Both the position numbers and the translations under genes were made by a program. A stretch of 60,992 nt of DNA, filler included. It is 8 parts of 8 records of this genome, joined end to end, with 100 filler letters (N's around TTAATTAATTAA, not from the genome) between each part and the next. Parts side by side here need not be neighbours in the genome. Positions count along the whole stretch, not along the records: positions 38,625 to 40,793 come from SRR20825015_532; positions 40,894 to 54,567 come from SRR20825015_533; 6 more parts are not named here. The stretch is one strand, 5' to 3'. Within the stretch, counting starts at the first letter, position 1, and the number at the start of each line of letters is the position of its first letter. Under the pieces are notes generated by a model. It was not told the DNA's origin, did not search any database, and saw only the letters and a program-made list of their open reading frames with translations. Shown one piece after another: positions 40,382 through 50,946 of this stretch.

Positions 40382-40793
40382 GCCCGCGCAGCCTTCTGAA
40401 CCCCGAGGACAGCCCCGCCCGCCAGACCGACAAGCTCCTGCAGATCGTCGAGGTGCTGATGCGCCGTGTCGAGCAGGGAACCGACCTGTCGGGTGCCGCC
40501 TATGCCCAGTTCGAGCGCGCGGCGATGCTGGAGGAACAGGTCCGCGCCCGCACCCGCGAGCTGGAGGCGGCGCTCGACCTTCTGAACCAGTCGAACGCCC
40601 GCCTCGCCGCCGCCAACCGCGAGACCGAGGCTGCGCGCCGCAACCTCGCCGATGCCATCGAGACGGTGCAGGAGGGTTTCGGCCTCTTCGGTCCCGACGA
40701 CGTGCTGGTGATGTGCAATTCGCGCTTCGGCCTGCAGCTGAGCGACATCCAGCCGGCGCTGGTGCCGGGGCTCAGCTTCGCCCGCTACGTGGA
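40378..40793 (+). CDS. NahK-like hybrid histidine kinase N-terminus, truncated
   Basis: GTG start overlapping the FIST stop; LMRRVE...AYAQFE.A..LEEQVR.RT..L coiled coil, then PAS. Confidence 0.75.
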
Positions 40794-40893
40794 NNNNNNN
40801 NNNNNNNNNNNNNNNNNNNNNNNNNNNNNNNNNNNNNTTAATTAATTAANNNNNNNNNNNNNNNNNNNNNNNNNNNNNNNNNNNNNNNNNNNN

Positions 40894-41730
40894 GACCACC
40901 GAGAAGATCGCAAGCACCGCCAGCGCGGGAGCGGCCAGCGGCAACACGATGCGCCAGTAGATCTGCCATTCGGAGGCGTTGTCCATCCGCGCGGCATCCA
41001 GCAATTCGTCGGGGATCGTCAGCATATACTGGCGCAACAGGAACACGCCCGTGGGCGTTGCCACCGTCGGCAGGATGACGCCCCAGAGCGAATTGTAGAG
41101 GCCGACCGCGCTGACAACCGAATAGAGCGGCACCAGCAGCACCGAAAGCGGCACCATCAGCGTACCGACAATCAGCATCAGCACCGCGTCGCGTCCCCGG
41201 AACTTGTATTTCGACAGCGCGAACGCCGCCATCGAATTGGTCACCAGCGTGATCAGCGTCGCCATCACCGTCACGAACACGGAATTGCGCAGATAGAGCA
41301 GAAAATCATTGCTCTCGAGCGGGGTGACGTAGTTCTCCGTGGCAAAGCCGATCTCGCGCACGGGCGTCCGGTCGGCGATGTTGACCTTGACGATTTCGCC
41401 GGGATCGGCCGGGTCCACCATCTGCGCGACGATGCCGATGCGGCGCACTTCGGCCATCACCTTTGTCGAGCCATCCGGCAACGTCACATGGTGGAGATTG
41501 AGCGGCTTGTCGTAGCCTTCGACCTCAACCTGCTGGCTGACATAGGGCAGGATGGTGGGCGGGAATTCGGCCAGTTGCGCCGGGGACTTGAAGGAGGAAA
41601 AGACCAGCCACAGCGCCGGGCCGAACATGATGATCAGCCCGCCCACCAGCCAGACCCAGGTGACGATATCGGTCCAGTGCCATCCGCTTCCACCGCGCCG
41701 GCGGAACAGGAACTTCGAAACGGCGTTCAT
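40894..41730 (-). CDS. Carbohydrate ABC permease (MalG-like), 3' truncated
   Basis: IPDELLDAARMDNA EAA-type loop. Confidence 0.9.
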
Positions 41731-42749
41731 TCGCGCGCTCCCTTTTTCTCGTTGCGCCGCCCGAGACCGAGTTGCGCCAGCGTCAGCACCACCAGCACCA
41801 GTCCCATCAGGATCGAGGCGGCGGCGGCGAGGCCCGGATTGCGCAGCAGCGAGGCGAAACCGACCTCGTAGATATACTGGGTCAGATACATGGTGGAGGT
41901 GCCGGGTCCGCCGCCCGTCAGTACATAGACCTCGTCGAATATCTGTACCGCGCGGATCAGCGACAGCACGATGACCACCAGCAGGTTCGGCATCAACAGC
42001 GGCAGCGTGAGCCGCCAGAACACCCTTGCAGGTTTGGTGCCGTCCATCTCGGCGGCCTCGTAAAGGTCGCGCGGGATCGCCTGAAGACCGGCGAGAAGGA
42101 TCAGGGTGAAAAAGCCCATATGCGCCCAGACGGAAACCGATACCGCCGCCGTAAAGGCCGGCAGACGCTCCGTCAGCCAGTCATGGGTATCGGCCCCGAA
42201 GGAATAGAGGACATAGTTGAGCAGTCCCTGACGCTGCAGGATCCAGCGCCAGATCAGGCCGACGACGACCGGCGAGAGCAGGACCGGAAAGAAGAACACG
42301 GCCCGCCAGAACCCCCTGCCCGCAATCTTGCGGTTGAGAATGAGCGCGGTGATCATCGCCGTGAGCGTCATCAGCGAAACCTGGAAGAACACGAAGATGG
42401 CGGTGTTCTGCGCCGCCTTCCAGAACAGATCTTCCCGGCACGTGCCCGGATCGAGGTAATTGCCGCAATCGAGAAGCCGGCCATATTGTTCGAGGCCGAC
42501 AAAGGTCCGGTCGGCGAGGAAATACGCCGAGCCGGAGGTCATCGAATAGAAAAAATTCATGACCAGCGGGATCAGCACGAACACGCCGAAAATCGCCATG
42601 TTCGGCGCCAGGAAGAACGCCGCCATGCCGCCGGTGCCTGTGGCCCGCTGCCACGCCTTCAGCGGCGGGTTCAAAAGCGCGGCCAGCCACATGACCGGCA
42701 CTGTTACCACAGAGCCGGCCACGTGCTTTATGTCGGACAGGTTCGCCAC
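41727..42749 (-). CDS. Carbohydrate ABC permease (MalF-like)
   Basis: LAGLQAIPRDLYEAAEMDG, LTGGGP. Confidence 0.92.
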   Translation of the reverse strand: MANLSDIKHVAGSVVTVPVMWLAALLNPPLKAWQRATGTGGMAAFFLAPNMAIFGVFVLIPLVMNFFYSMTSGSAYFLADRTFVGLEQYGRLLDCGNYLDPGTCREDLFWKAAQNTAIFVFFQVSLMTLTAMITALILNRKIAGRGFWRAVFFFPVLLSPVVVGLIWRWILQRQGLLNYVLYSFGADTHDWLTERLPAFTAAVSVSVWAHMGFFTLILLAGLQAIPRDLYEAAEMDGTKPARVFWRLTLPLLMPNLLVVIVLSLIRAVQIFDEVYVLTGGGPGTSTMYLTQYIYEVGFASLLRNPGLAAAASILMGLVLVVLTLAQLGLGRRNEKKGARE

Positions 42750-42763
42750 TGTCTCGCGCTTGC

Positions 42764-44026
42764 CTATTGTGCGACCTTGTCGGCGATGTCCTGGTCGATG
42801 CGCGTCCAGGCCTCGTCGAGGGTCAGTTCACCGGCCATGACCTGGCTGATGCGGGTGACAAGCGCGCCGTAATAGGCGGAGGCCCACTTCCATGCCGGCA
42901 GCGCGTCTGCCGCCGGCAGTGTCTCGGCGGAGGACTTTACAAAGGCATCAAGAGCCGGGCCGACATTCTTGTCGTCGGTGGCCCACTTCATGCCGCCAGC
43001 GGCAATCACGCCCTTGTGGCCGGGAAGGAACAATGTGCGCTCGGAGAACTCCTTCACCACCGGAGCGCTGGACAGATATTCCATGACCTTGGCAACATCT
43101 TCCGGGTTCTTGGTGTATTTGATCCCGACGAGTGCAGCACCACCCTTCAGGCCGGAGCAACCGACCGTGCCGCAGGGCGATCCGGTTGCCACCCAGTCGA
43201 AGCCGTCGCCGATCTTGGTCGACAGGTTGGCGACCTGCCAGCTTCCCGAATAGTAGAACGGGATCTGGGCATTGATGAAATCGTCGGCGGCCGCGCGATA
43301 GGTGGAGCCGGCGGCAGACACCCAGGTGTCCTTCAGCATCAGGCCGTTATTGGTCCAGTCGACGAGCTTGGTTGCGAAGGTCTTGGTTCCCTCGTCAACC
43401 GGCGCCGGCATTCCGTCGGGGCCGATATAGTTGGCGCCATAGGACACGTTCGGGCCGGAGATGCGATGGCCGGAGCGATCGATGGCGAAGGCCGCCGCCG
43501 TCTGCTGGCTCTTGGCCACCTCCGCCGAGGCATTGACCCAGTCATCCCAGGTGGCCTTGTCGCCCGGCAGATCCACGCCCGCCTGCTCGAACAGGGTCTT
43601 GTTGGCAAAACCGCCGGTCAGCGTCAGTTGCGTCATGAAACCGGTGATGGCATCCGATCCGTCCGGACGCATCCAGTCGGCCTGGGCGCCGAAATTCTCC
43701 TCCCAGTAAGCCGGATCGGCAAGGTAGGGCCTGAGATCGAGCCAGTGTTGCGCCAACGCCTTGAGGTCGGTGACGCGGGCGATATCGGGGCCCTGTCCGG
43801 CTTCGAGCTGGATCGGAAGCTGCTCCTGGATCACCTTGTAGGCAACATTGTCGAGCGTGACGTTGATATCCGGATTGTCCTTCATGAAGCGGTCGACAAG
43901 GTCCTGCATGACCTCGCCCTCGACACCGTCCGAATACCACATGATGCGCACATCGCCCGCGAATGCGGATGTCGAGGCCATGAACCCCGCCGCAACGATG
44001 GATAGAATGCTGACTGCATTTCTCAT
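42764..44026 (-). CDS. Carbohydrate ABC substrate-binding protein
   Basis: Signal peptide, GQGPDIARV, RBS GAGGA. Confidence 0.92.
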   Translation of the reverse strand: MRNAVSILSIVAAGFMASTSAFAGDVRIMWYSDGVEGEVMQDLVDRFMKDNPDINVTLDNVAYKVIQEQLPIQLEAGQGPDIARVTDLKALAQHWLDLRPYLADPAYWEENFGAQADWMRPDGSDAITGFMTQLTLTGGFANKTLFEQAGVDLPGDKATWDDWVNASAEVAKSQQTAAAFAIDRSGHRISGPNVSYGANYIGPDGMPAPVDEGTKTFATKLVDWTNNGLMLKDTWVSAAGSTYRAAADDFINAQIPFYYSGSWQVANLSTKIGDGFDWVATGSPCGTVGCSGLKGGAALVGIKYTKNPEDVAKVMEYLSSAPVVKEFSERTLFLPGHKGVIAAGGMKWATDDKNVGPALDAFVKSSAETLPAADALPAWKWASAYYGALVTRISQVMAGELTLDEAWTRIDQDIADKVAQ

Positions 44027-44136
44027 ATCATTTCCTCCTCTTCAACGGGCCTTCGCCCTTGCCGATCATCGGCCTCATATTGCCCGCCTTGCGGCGGGCG
44101 TCTCCCGTGGGCCTCTCCCTGCCCTCCGGCAAAATT

Positions 44137-46641
44137 TTATTGTCGGAACGTCCGCGCCTCGCCCGCGATCGTCCACTCCGCCGGATCGAGCCTGCGGCCT
44201 TCGGCTTCGACAGAGCCGTCAGCCCCGAAGCGAACCATACCGTATTCCGGATCGTCCACCACAATATCGCCATTGGCCTCATCGACAAGTCCGAGTGCCC
44301 CGAAGTCGTCCTCAAGGGCGTCCAAGCTGTGCCGGTCGCCCAGACGCACGATCCATGTCGCCTTGCGGCCTGGTGCGCGAAGCTCGTTGCCCGCCGTCGG
44401 CCCTGTCGTCACAAGCGCGAGACCGGTGTCGACCCTCAGCATCACGCAGCCGCTGCCGCTCAGCGCCAGCGCCGTATTGCCTTCAATGCGGGCTTCGTCG
44501 AATGCGGCCTGCGGAAACCATGCATGGGTGAAATCCGGCTGCTCGTCCGCGCAATCGAAACGCACCACGGCAAGGCCGCGATACTGGTGCACGCGCGGCA
44601 ATGTGCCCGAACCACCCCAATAGGACGGCCGTCCGTAACCCGAATGCAGCACCTCGCCCGGATGATTGATCCAGATGGTCGCGTCCGGGTTGTCGCCGAG
44701 GCGCAGATGCACCACCGTCTCCTGATAGCCCCACTGGTTCCAGCGATAGGCGGCGGCGCTGCCAAGCGCATAGGAGGCTGTCTTGTAATGATAGAGCCGG
44801 GCAAACCTGTCCTGCCCCTGCGCAAAGGTCCACTCATGCCCTTCACCGCCGGAAACCGAGGCGACAGCCGCCAGTTCCTCCGGTATCTGCAAACCGTGAT
44901 CGCGCAGGCACAGCGCCAGTTGCGGCAGCGCGTGAAAGCGCATGCCGTAATTGCCCCGCCCCCAGATCATCCGCGCAATGCCCGAGAGTTCGAGCGATCG
45001 CGACGCCCGCAATGTATGCTCATAGGAGCGGCCCTGTGCGCCGGTCATGACGCCGTGATGGGCCGAGCGGGCGAGGATTTCGACAAGCCGGATGATGGCC
45101 TTGCCCGCGCGCGCCGCGATATCGCCGTCGGGCGCCAGCGCATAGAGCGCGCACAACCCCTTCAGGTCGATCGGGAAATAGGGCGCGGAGTTGAACTCGG
45201 CCATCTCCCATTTCTCGAAGTGATCGAGCCAGGCGCGCACCCGTGCGGCCCCAACCGCCGATTGTTCGGTACCCGTCCGCTGCGAGCGGACAAACCGGGC
45301 CTCGGGCAGCATATGCCCCGCCAGATAAGCGGCGGTATGAAACAGCAGCGCGTGGTTCTCGGAGAAATACCATTGCACGTCATTGCCCGGCTCATCCATC
45401 CAGTACCGATAATTGAGGATGGCGGCATCGACGCGTTCGCGAACCTCAGCGCCGATCTCATCGCCATAGGCGGCGCGGCACCAGATCAGCGGTACGAGAA
45501 TGAAATCGGCGCAATCGTGGCAATCCTCGATCGCCGGCAGCGCGCTTGCGATCATCGCGTCGGTCGCCTCGCCGGTCATGCCGACGCCGAACCGCGCCAG
45601 AGCGCGCACCGTATCGGCCTCGGCGTGGTTGGCGACTTCGCCCAGGGCTTCATCGATACGCGCCGCGAGGCTCGCCGGCGCAAGCCCCTGACGCGCCACA
45701 TGGCAGAGTTCGACGCCGAAGACGCGCGAAACCGCATAATCGCCGCAGGAAAGCGTCACCTTGAAATGGCGGAAGTCGGCAGGCAGGTCGGCGGTATCGG
45801 CGACCGCCAGCCGCAGCGATCCAGCCGCAAGCGTCCGCACGACACTCAGCGGCTTCTCGATCGACATGAAGTCGCCCTCGATCACCACCTTCGCCGTCAC
45901 ATCGACCGGCAGGCCGGTATCGGCGACCAGGGCGACCTCGCCGTCGCCATAGGCCGGCTTTTCGAAATGCATCGCGGCGAGCATGGCTTCCATCGCATCC
46001 GCAACCGGAGCCTCCACGGGGACAGGCAATGCGTGTTCGACCGCCGGGCCGGAAAGATAGTCGAGCTGGAAATAATAGCGCGCGTCGCGCTCGGCCAGAT
46101 CGTCGAAGAAGATGCCGATAACATTGTCGCCGGCCTGAAGCTGGACGGTAAACTCTTCTATCGTCTCCAGATTGCGCCCGTAAGGCGCCATGAAGCCGGC
46201 CTCACGGCCATTGATAAACAGCACCGCGCCTCCGCAGGTGCGAAGTGCAAGCCGCGCCTCGCCCGCCGATTGCGCCCGGATCGTCGTTTCGGCAAAGGTC
46301 GCAAGCTCGGTGGCGCGGAACCAGAAGCCCGAAAGGTCCACGCGCGGCGAGCCGAACGGCAGCCATGTGCGCGCAAGCGCGGGCATTGCCTCCCCGACCT
46401 TGGGCCGCTTGCCTCGTCTTTCGGCGGCAAACAGCGTCCGGCAGGGATATTCGTGCGGGATGAAATTCTTGTGCTTGGTGAGGAAGAAGAACGGGTCCAT
46501 TTCCCCCTGCATCGGCTGGTCGGGCGCATCGTAGCGCGCCTCGGCCGTGGCCGAAAGCCGCCAGTAGACGACCGGCCGGCCCGCCTGAAGCGGACGCCTG
46601 AGCGTGAAATCCGGTTCCAACTGGTTCAAAGCCGAATTCAT
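44137..46641 (-). CDS. Conserved hypothetical 834-aa protein in a uronate-utilisation operon (candidate carbohydrate-active enzyme)
   Basis: Coding-like codon pattern, ATGA-coupled to kduI; YRYWMDEPGNDVQWYFSENH, EFNS.PY. Confidence 0.75.
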   Translation of the reverse strand: MNSALNQLEPDFTLRRPLQAGRPVVYWRLSATAEARYDAPDQPMQGEMDPFFFLTKHKNFIPHEYPCRTLFAAERRGKRPKVGEAMPALARTWLPFGSPRVDLSGFWFRATELATFAETTIRAQSAGEARLALRTCGGAVLFINGREAGFMAPYGRNLETIEEFTVQLQAGDNVIGIFFDDLAERDARYYFQLDYLSGPAVEHALPVPVEAPVADAMEAMLAAMHFEKPAYGDGEVALVADTGLPVDVTAKVVIEGDFMSIEKPLSVVRTLAAGSLRLAVADTADLPADFRHFKVTLSCGDYAVSRVFGVELCHVARQGLAPASLAARIDEALGEVANHAEADTVRALARFGVGMTGEATDAMIASALPAIEDCHDCADFILVPLIWCRAAYGDEIGAEVRERVDAAILNYRYWMDEPGNDVQWYFSENHALLFHTAAYLAGHMLPEARFVRSQRTGTEQSAVGAARVRAWLDHFEKWEMAEFNSAPYFPIDLKGLCALYALAPDGDIAARAGKAIIRLVEILARSAHHGVMTGAQGRSYEHTLRASRSLELSGIARMIWGRGNYGMRFHALPQLALCLRDHGLQIPEELAAVASVSGGEGHEWTFAQGQDRFARLYHYKTASYALGSAAAYRWNQWGYQETVVHLRLGDNPDATIWINHPGEVLHSGYGRPSYWGGSGTLPRVHQYRGLAVVRFDCADEQPDFTHAWFPQAAFDEARIEGNTALALSGSGCVMLRVDTGLALVTTGPTAGNELRAPGRKATWIVRLGDRHSLDALEDDFGALGLVDEANGDIVVDDPEYGMVRFGADGSVEAEGRRLDPAEWTIAGEARTFRQ

Positions 46642-47471
46642 TTGAGCTCCCTGATCGCCACCGGATCGACATCGGTATAAGCCTGATTTTCACCGGTCAT
46701 GCCCCACACGAAGGCATAGGGGCCGGTGCCCGCGCCCATATGGATCGACCATGCCGGCGAGATCACGATATCCCCATTTGCGACGACCAGATGGCGGGTG
46801 TTGTCGGGACGACCCATCAGGTGGAAGACCCGGTCTTCGTCGCCGAGATCGAAGTAGCAATAGGCCTCCATGCGCCGCTCATGGAGATGGGGCGGCATGG
46901 TGTTCCAGATGCTGCCCGGCGCCGGATCGGTAATCCCCATCAAAAGCAGGCAGGAGGGCGCGACCTCGGGGTGGATATACATCCGCAGTTCGCGCTTGTT
47001 GGACTTTGCCGCGTCACCCATCACCAGCGGCTTGGATTCTTCCCTTTTGATCAGGCGGTGCGCAATGTCCGCCCCGGCGGGAACCGAGTTCATGTAGAAC
47101 CGCGCCGGATTTTTGGCATCCGCGCTTTCGAGCGTCACGTTCTGCGCGCCGCGTCCGATATATAGTATGTCGCGATTTTCGAGGTCATGGCGCTTGCCAT
47201 CGACCGTGATCGCGCCTGGGCCGCCGAGATTGGCGATCCCCATTTCGCGCGCGTCGAAAAACGCCTTCGTCCCGACCTCGGCCCCTTCGCCGAAGGAGAG
47301 CGCGCCGGATGTCGGAACCGCGCCGCCGACGATCATCCGGTCGACATGGGTATAGGCGAACCGGATTTCGCCGCTGGTGAACAGTTCCTCGACCATGAAC
47401 TCGTCGCGCAGCCGCGCCGTGTTCATGTTGTCGATATCGGCAGGCGAAGCGCCGTAAAGCGTTTTCAGCAT
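46638..47471 (-). CDS. kduI: 5-dehydro-4-deoxy-D-glucuronate isomerase
   Basis: YTHVDR, WNTMPPHLHERRMEAY, SPAWSIH.GAGT, W.M.GENQ. Confidence 0.93.
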   Translation of the reverse strand: MLKTLYGASPADIDNMNTARLRDEFMVEELFTSGEIRFAYTHVDRMIVGGAVPTSGALSFGEGAEVGTKAFFDAREMGIANLGGPGAITVDGKRHDLENRDILYIGRGAQNVTLESADAKNPARFYMNSVPAGADIAHRLIKREESKPLVMGDAAKSNKRELRMYIHPEVAPSCLLLMGITDPAPGSIWNTMPPHLHERRMEAYCYFDLGDEDRVFHLMGRPDNTRHLVVANGDIVISPAWSIHMGAGTGPYAFVWGMTGENQAYTDVDPVAIRELK

Positions 47472-48568
47472 GCTGTCCTCATCCTTTCATTACTGTGATG
47501 CAGCCCTTCGGCAAGGCAGAGGATTGCCAGCGCCTGGCCGTAGCCTGTGGGCTGCACCGGAATATCGCGGTAGAACTGGAGATCATGGCCCATGCGGGTG
47601 CCGTAGGAAACGTTTGAGACCACGCCATCGGCGCTGATATTGGCCATGACCGCGGCCAGCGCCTTCAGCCCCGCAGCCTCGCAGCCGGGCGGGCCGAGGC
47701 CCTTGCGGGCGGCCTTCATCAGCCCGAAGCCGAAACCGGCCGTCGCGGAAATCTCCTCATAGGACGACGGGTCGTCGACCAGCGTGGTCCATGCGCCCGA
47801 CGGCGTCTGGAACTTCAGCAGCGCCTCGATCTGGGTCTCAAGAACCCCGAGCAGATAGGCCTCCACCGCAGGCGACAGATCGCAGAGTTCGATCAGTTCG
47901 AGAATGCCGACCGTGATCCAGGCATTACCCCGGCCCCAAAGCGCGCCAGCGAAATTGTGCCGGCCGGCAAAGGTCCAGCCGTGATACCAGAGACCGGATT
48001 TCGGATCGGCGAGATAGCGGGCGTGAACCAGAAACTGCCGCTCCGCCTCGTCGACAAACCGCCTTTCGCCCGACGCCTGCCCGTAGGAGGCCAGGAACAG
48101 GGCGACCATGAACAGCGTGTCGTCCCACAATTCATTGTCGTTGATCTTGTCGGAAACATCATGCTGGAAGCCGCCCTCGGGCGTTCTCGGCATGTCGGCG
48201 ACCACCCGCTCGGCCCAGTCGCGCAGGACGGCCTCGTAGCGCGGCTGGCGCTTGTGACGCCAGATTTCGCTCAACGCCAGCATCGGCGCGGTGGTGTTGA
48301 CATTCATTTTCGGCAGGCCTGCCGCAATCCGGCGGTCGTACCAGTTCTCGAGGGTCTTCAGATGCGCGTCGTCGCCGGTGTGCCGCCAAAGGCGCACGAG
48401 CCCGTAAAGTCCGACGCCCTGCGGCCATTCCCAACTGTCGAAGCTGACGTAGTCGCCCGGCGTGCCATCGAGATTGGGCTCGTTGAAGCGCCCGTCGTGG
48501 CGCAGTCCCGTCATCCCGCGCACCAGCGCCGACAGCACATCGGAAATCTGATCGGCCGTTGTCGGCAT
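47465..48568 (-). CDS. Unsaturated (rhamno)galacturonyl hydrolase, GH105/GH88 family
   Basis: WEWPQGVGLYG, LWDDTLFM, GLWYHGW, WGRGNAW, YGQALA. Confidence 0.9.
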   Translation of the reverse strand: MPTTADQISDVLSALVRGMTGLRHDGRFNEPNLDGTPGDYVSFDSWEWPQGVGLYGLVRLWRHTGDDAHLKTLENWYDRRIAAGLPKMNVNTTAPMLALSEIWRHKRQPRYEAVLRDWAERVVADMPRTPEGGFQHDVSDKINDNELWDDTLFMVALFLASYGQASGERRFVDEAERQFLVHARYLADPKSGLWYHGWTFAGRHNFAGALWGRGNAWITVGILELIELCDLSPAVEAYLLGVLETQIEALLKFQTPSGAWTTLVDDPSSYEEISATAGFGFGLMKAARKGLGPPGCEAAGLKALAAVMANISADGVVSNVSYGTRMGHDLQFYRDIPVQPTGYGQALAILCLAEGLHHSNERMRTAC

Positions 48569-48618
48569 GTTTCCTCCCATTCATTCCTCCGACGCGAACT
48601 GTTCCACACAAAAAGCTG

Positions 48619-48645
48619 TTGCGCAATTTGCAAATTTTTTGCAAA
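48619..48645. promoter_or_regulatory. Palindromic operator-like array TTGCGCAA TTTGCAAA-N3-TTTGCAAA
   Basis: Three related 8-bp palindromes between the divergent GH105 and LacI genes. Confidence 0.55.
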
Positions 48646-48671
48646 ATTGGACATATCAAGGAGAACGGTCC

Positions 48672-49712
48672 ATTCAGGGAAAGCGCGGCAAGCCGAACAG
48701 ACGGGTACGGCTGGAGGAAATAGCCCGCAATTGCGGGGTCTCGGTTTCGACCGCATCACGCGCGCTTTCGGGCACTGGCGGGGTCAAGGACGAGATGCGC
48801 GCGCGCATCGTCGAGACGGCGCTCGCGCTCGGCTATGTCAACCCGACCTCGGCCGCCGGACGACGGATCATCCTGGCGACATCCAGCGTGGCGATGATCG
48901 ACCACCAGCGCAACCAGTTCACCTTTCACGTGCTGGACGGTCTGCAGGAACGGGCTGCCGCGCTCGGCATCGAACTGGTCACCCGCGCGGTCGCCACGCC
49001 GGAGGATGAGGCGCTGCTGCTGGCGGAAGGAGAACAGGACGCCTCGGTCGCCGGTTGCCTGTTCCTGACCCTTGATGACGCGCAGGTTCTGACCCGCTCC
49101 GAGGGATTCTCCAAACCGATCGTGCTGATCAACGGCGATGATCCGGCCATGCGCCACTCCAGCGTGACGCCCTGCAACCGGTCCGCCGCGCAGCTTGCCG
49201 CCGGCCATCTTCTGGATCAGGGCCACAGCCGTATCCTGTTTCTGATGCATCCGGGCCGGCGCACGATCGAGCGCCGTTTCGAAGGCTGGCGCGATGCGAT
49301 GCGCTCACGCGGCGTCGACGACATTGACGATCTCGTCGTAACGGTCGACGACTGGCTGCCCGAACTCGCGAGCCGGGCGATCGCCGGACGGCTTGCCGAG
49401 CGCGGTCCCGATTTCACCGCCGTGCTGACCGCCGGAGACAGCCTCGCCTACGGCGCGATGCTCGCCATCAAGCAGGCGGGTTATCGGGTGCCGGAGGACT
49501 TTTCGGTGGTCGGCATGGATGACCTGCCGCTTTCCGGCTTTTCCGACCCGCCGCTGACGACGATGCACATTCCGATGCGCCACATCGGCTCTGCCGCGCT
49601 CAGCCTGCTGCTCGACGATCTCGGCGTCACCCGCCTGCCCGCGCGGCGCGTCGAACTGGCCTGCTGGTTGGTCGAGCGCGCGTCGACCGCGCCGGTAAGG
49701 CTACACCGTTAG
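48672..49712 (+). CDS. LacI-family transcriptional regulator (probable ATT start)
   Basis: LEEIARNCGVSVSTASRAL HTH, VPEDFSVVGMDD, PPLTT; SD AAGGAG 8 nt before in-frame ATT. Confidence 0.88.
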   Translation: MQGKRGKPNRRVRLEEIARNCGVSVSTASRALSGTGGVKDEMRARIVETALALGYVNPTSAAGRRIILATSSVAMIDHQRNQFTFHVLDGLQERAAALGIELVTRAVATPEDEALLLAEGEQDASVAGCLFLTLDDAQVLTRSEGFSKPIVLINGDDPAMRHSSVTPCNRSAAQLAAGHLLDQGHSRILFLMHPGRRTIERRFEGWRDAMRSRGVDDIDDLVVTVDDWLPELASRAIAGRLAERGPDFTAVLTAGDSLAYGAMLAIKQAGYRVPEDFSVVGMDDLPLSGFSDPPLTTMHIPMRHIGSAALSLLLDDLGVTRLPARRVELACWLVERASTAPVRLHR

Positions 49713-49908
49713 CGAGCGCACTCCTGCCGCCAGGACGGTCGATTGATACGCCAGAGGAACCGCGCCGATACTTTTTTCACCGCCACGAAAATTGTCGGCG
49801 CTGAAACGCGGTTTTTTGTTTACGCGCGCGTTTCAAAAGGATTAGCGAAAAGAAAACCGCAGGCCAACTTGGTCGCGATTGTATCGAATTTCATATGGAG
49901 GACATGAC

Positions 49909-50946
49909 ATGCAGGCACTGGTTCTGGAGAGAAAGGGCGAGCTTTCGCTGCGTGACTTCGACCTACCGGCAGCGCTGGGCGCGAAGGATGTGCGCATCAA
50001 GACCCACACGGTCGGCATTTGCGGCTCCGATGTTCACTATTACACCCACGGCAAGATCGGCCATTTCGTCGTTCGCGAACCGATGATCCTGGGTCATGAA
50101 GCCTCCGGCACCGTGATCGAAACCGGATCCGAGGTCACGCACCTGAAGCCGGGAGACCGGGTCTGCATGGAGCCTGGCATCCCCGATTTCACATCGCGCG
50201 CCTCCAAGCTCGGCATCTACAATGTCGATCCCGCCGTGCGGTTCTGGGCGACGCCGCCGATCCATGGCTGCCTGACGCCGGAGGTGATCCACCCGGCCGC
50301 CTTCACCTACAAACTGCCCGACACGGTGAGCTTCGCGGAGGGCGCGATGGTCGAGCCGTTTGCGATCGGCATGCAGGCGGCGCTGCGGGCCCGCATCCAG
50401 CCCGGCGACATCGCGGTCGTCACGGGAGCCGGGCCGATCGGCATGATGGCGGCGCTGGCAGCGCTTGCGGGCGGTTGCGCCAAGGTTATCGTCGCCGATC
50501 TGGCGCAGCCGAAGCTCGATATCATCGGCGCATATGAAGGGATCGAGACGGTCAATATCCGCAACCGACCCGCCGCCGAAGCCGTGGCCGAGGCCACCGG
50601 CGGCTGGGGCGCCGACGTGGTCTTCGAATGCTCGGGCGCAGCACCCGCGATCCTTGGCGTCGACAAGCTTGCCCGCCCAGGCGGCGCCGTCGTGCTGGTC
50701 GGCATGCCGGTCGAGCCTGTTCCCGTCGATATCGTCGGGTTGCAGGCCAAGGAACTCAGGGTCGAAACCGTGTTCCGCTATGCCAATGTCTATGATCGCG
50801 CGGTCGCATTGATCGCCTCGGGCAAGGTCGATCTCAAGCCGCTGATCTCGGACACCGTGCCGTTTGCCGAAAGCATCGCTGCCTTCGACCGCGCCGTCGA
50901 GGCCCGCGAAACCGACGTGAAACTCCAGATCGTCATGCCGGATTGA
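49909..50946 (+). CDS. Zn-dependent polyol dehydrogenase (xylitol dehydrogenase/D-xylulose reductase-like)
   Basis: [27 protein letters not shown]. Start ATG 49909. Confidence 0.9.
   Translation: MQALVLERKGELSLRDFDLPAALGAKDVRIKTHTVGICGSDVHYYTHGKIGHFVVREPMILGHEASGTVIETGSEVTHLKPGDRVCMEPGIPDFTSRASKLGIYNVDPAVRFWATPPIHGCLTPEVIHPAAFTYKLPDTVSFAEGAMVEPFAIGMQAALRARIQPGDIAVVTGAGPIGMMAALAALAGGCAKVIVADLAQPKLDIIGAYEGIETVNIRNRPAAEAVAEATGGWGADVVFECSGAAPAILGVDKLARPGGAVVLVGMPVEPVPVDIVGLQAKELRVETVFRYANVYDRAVALIASGKVDLKPLISDTVPFAESIAAFDRAVEARETDVKLQIVMPD

Noticed and set aside
44059-46680. 873-aa plus-strand ORF, and similar long antisense ORFs at 833-2374, 15807-17507, 42767-44005, 53043-54260 and 55391-56848
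   Set aside because: Shadow frames of high-GC genes on the opposite strand, with no recognisable motifs.
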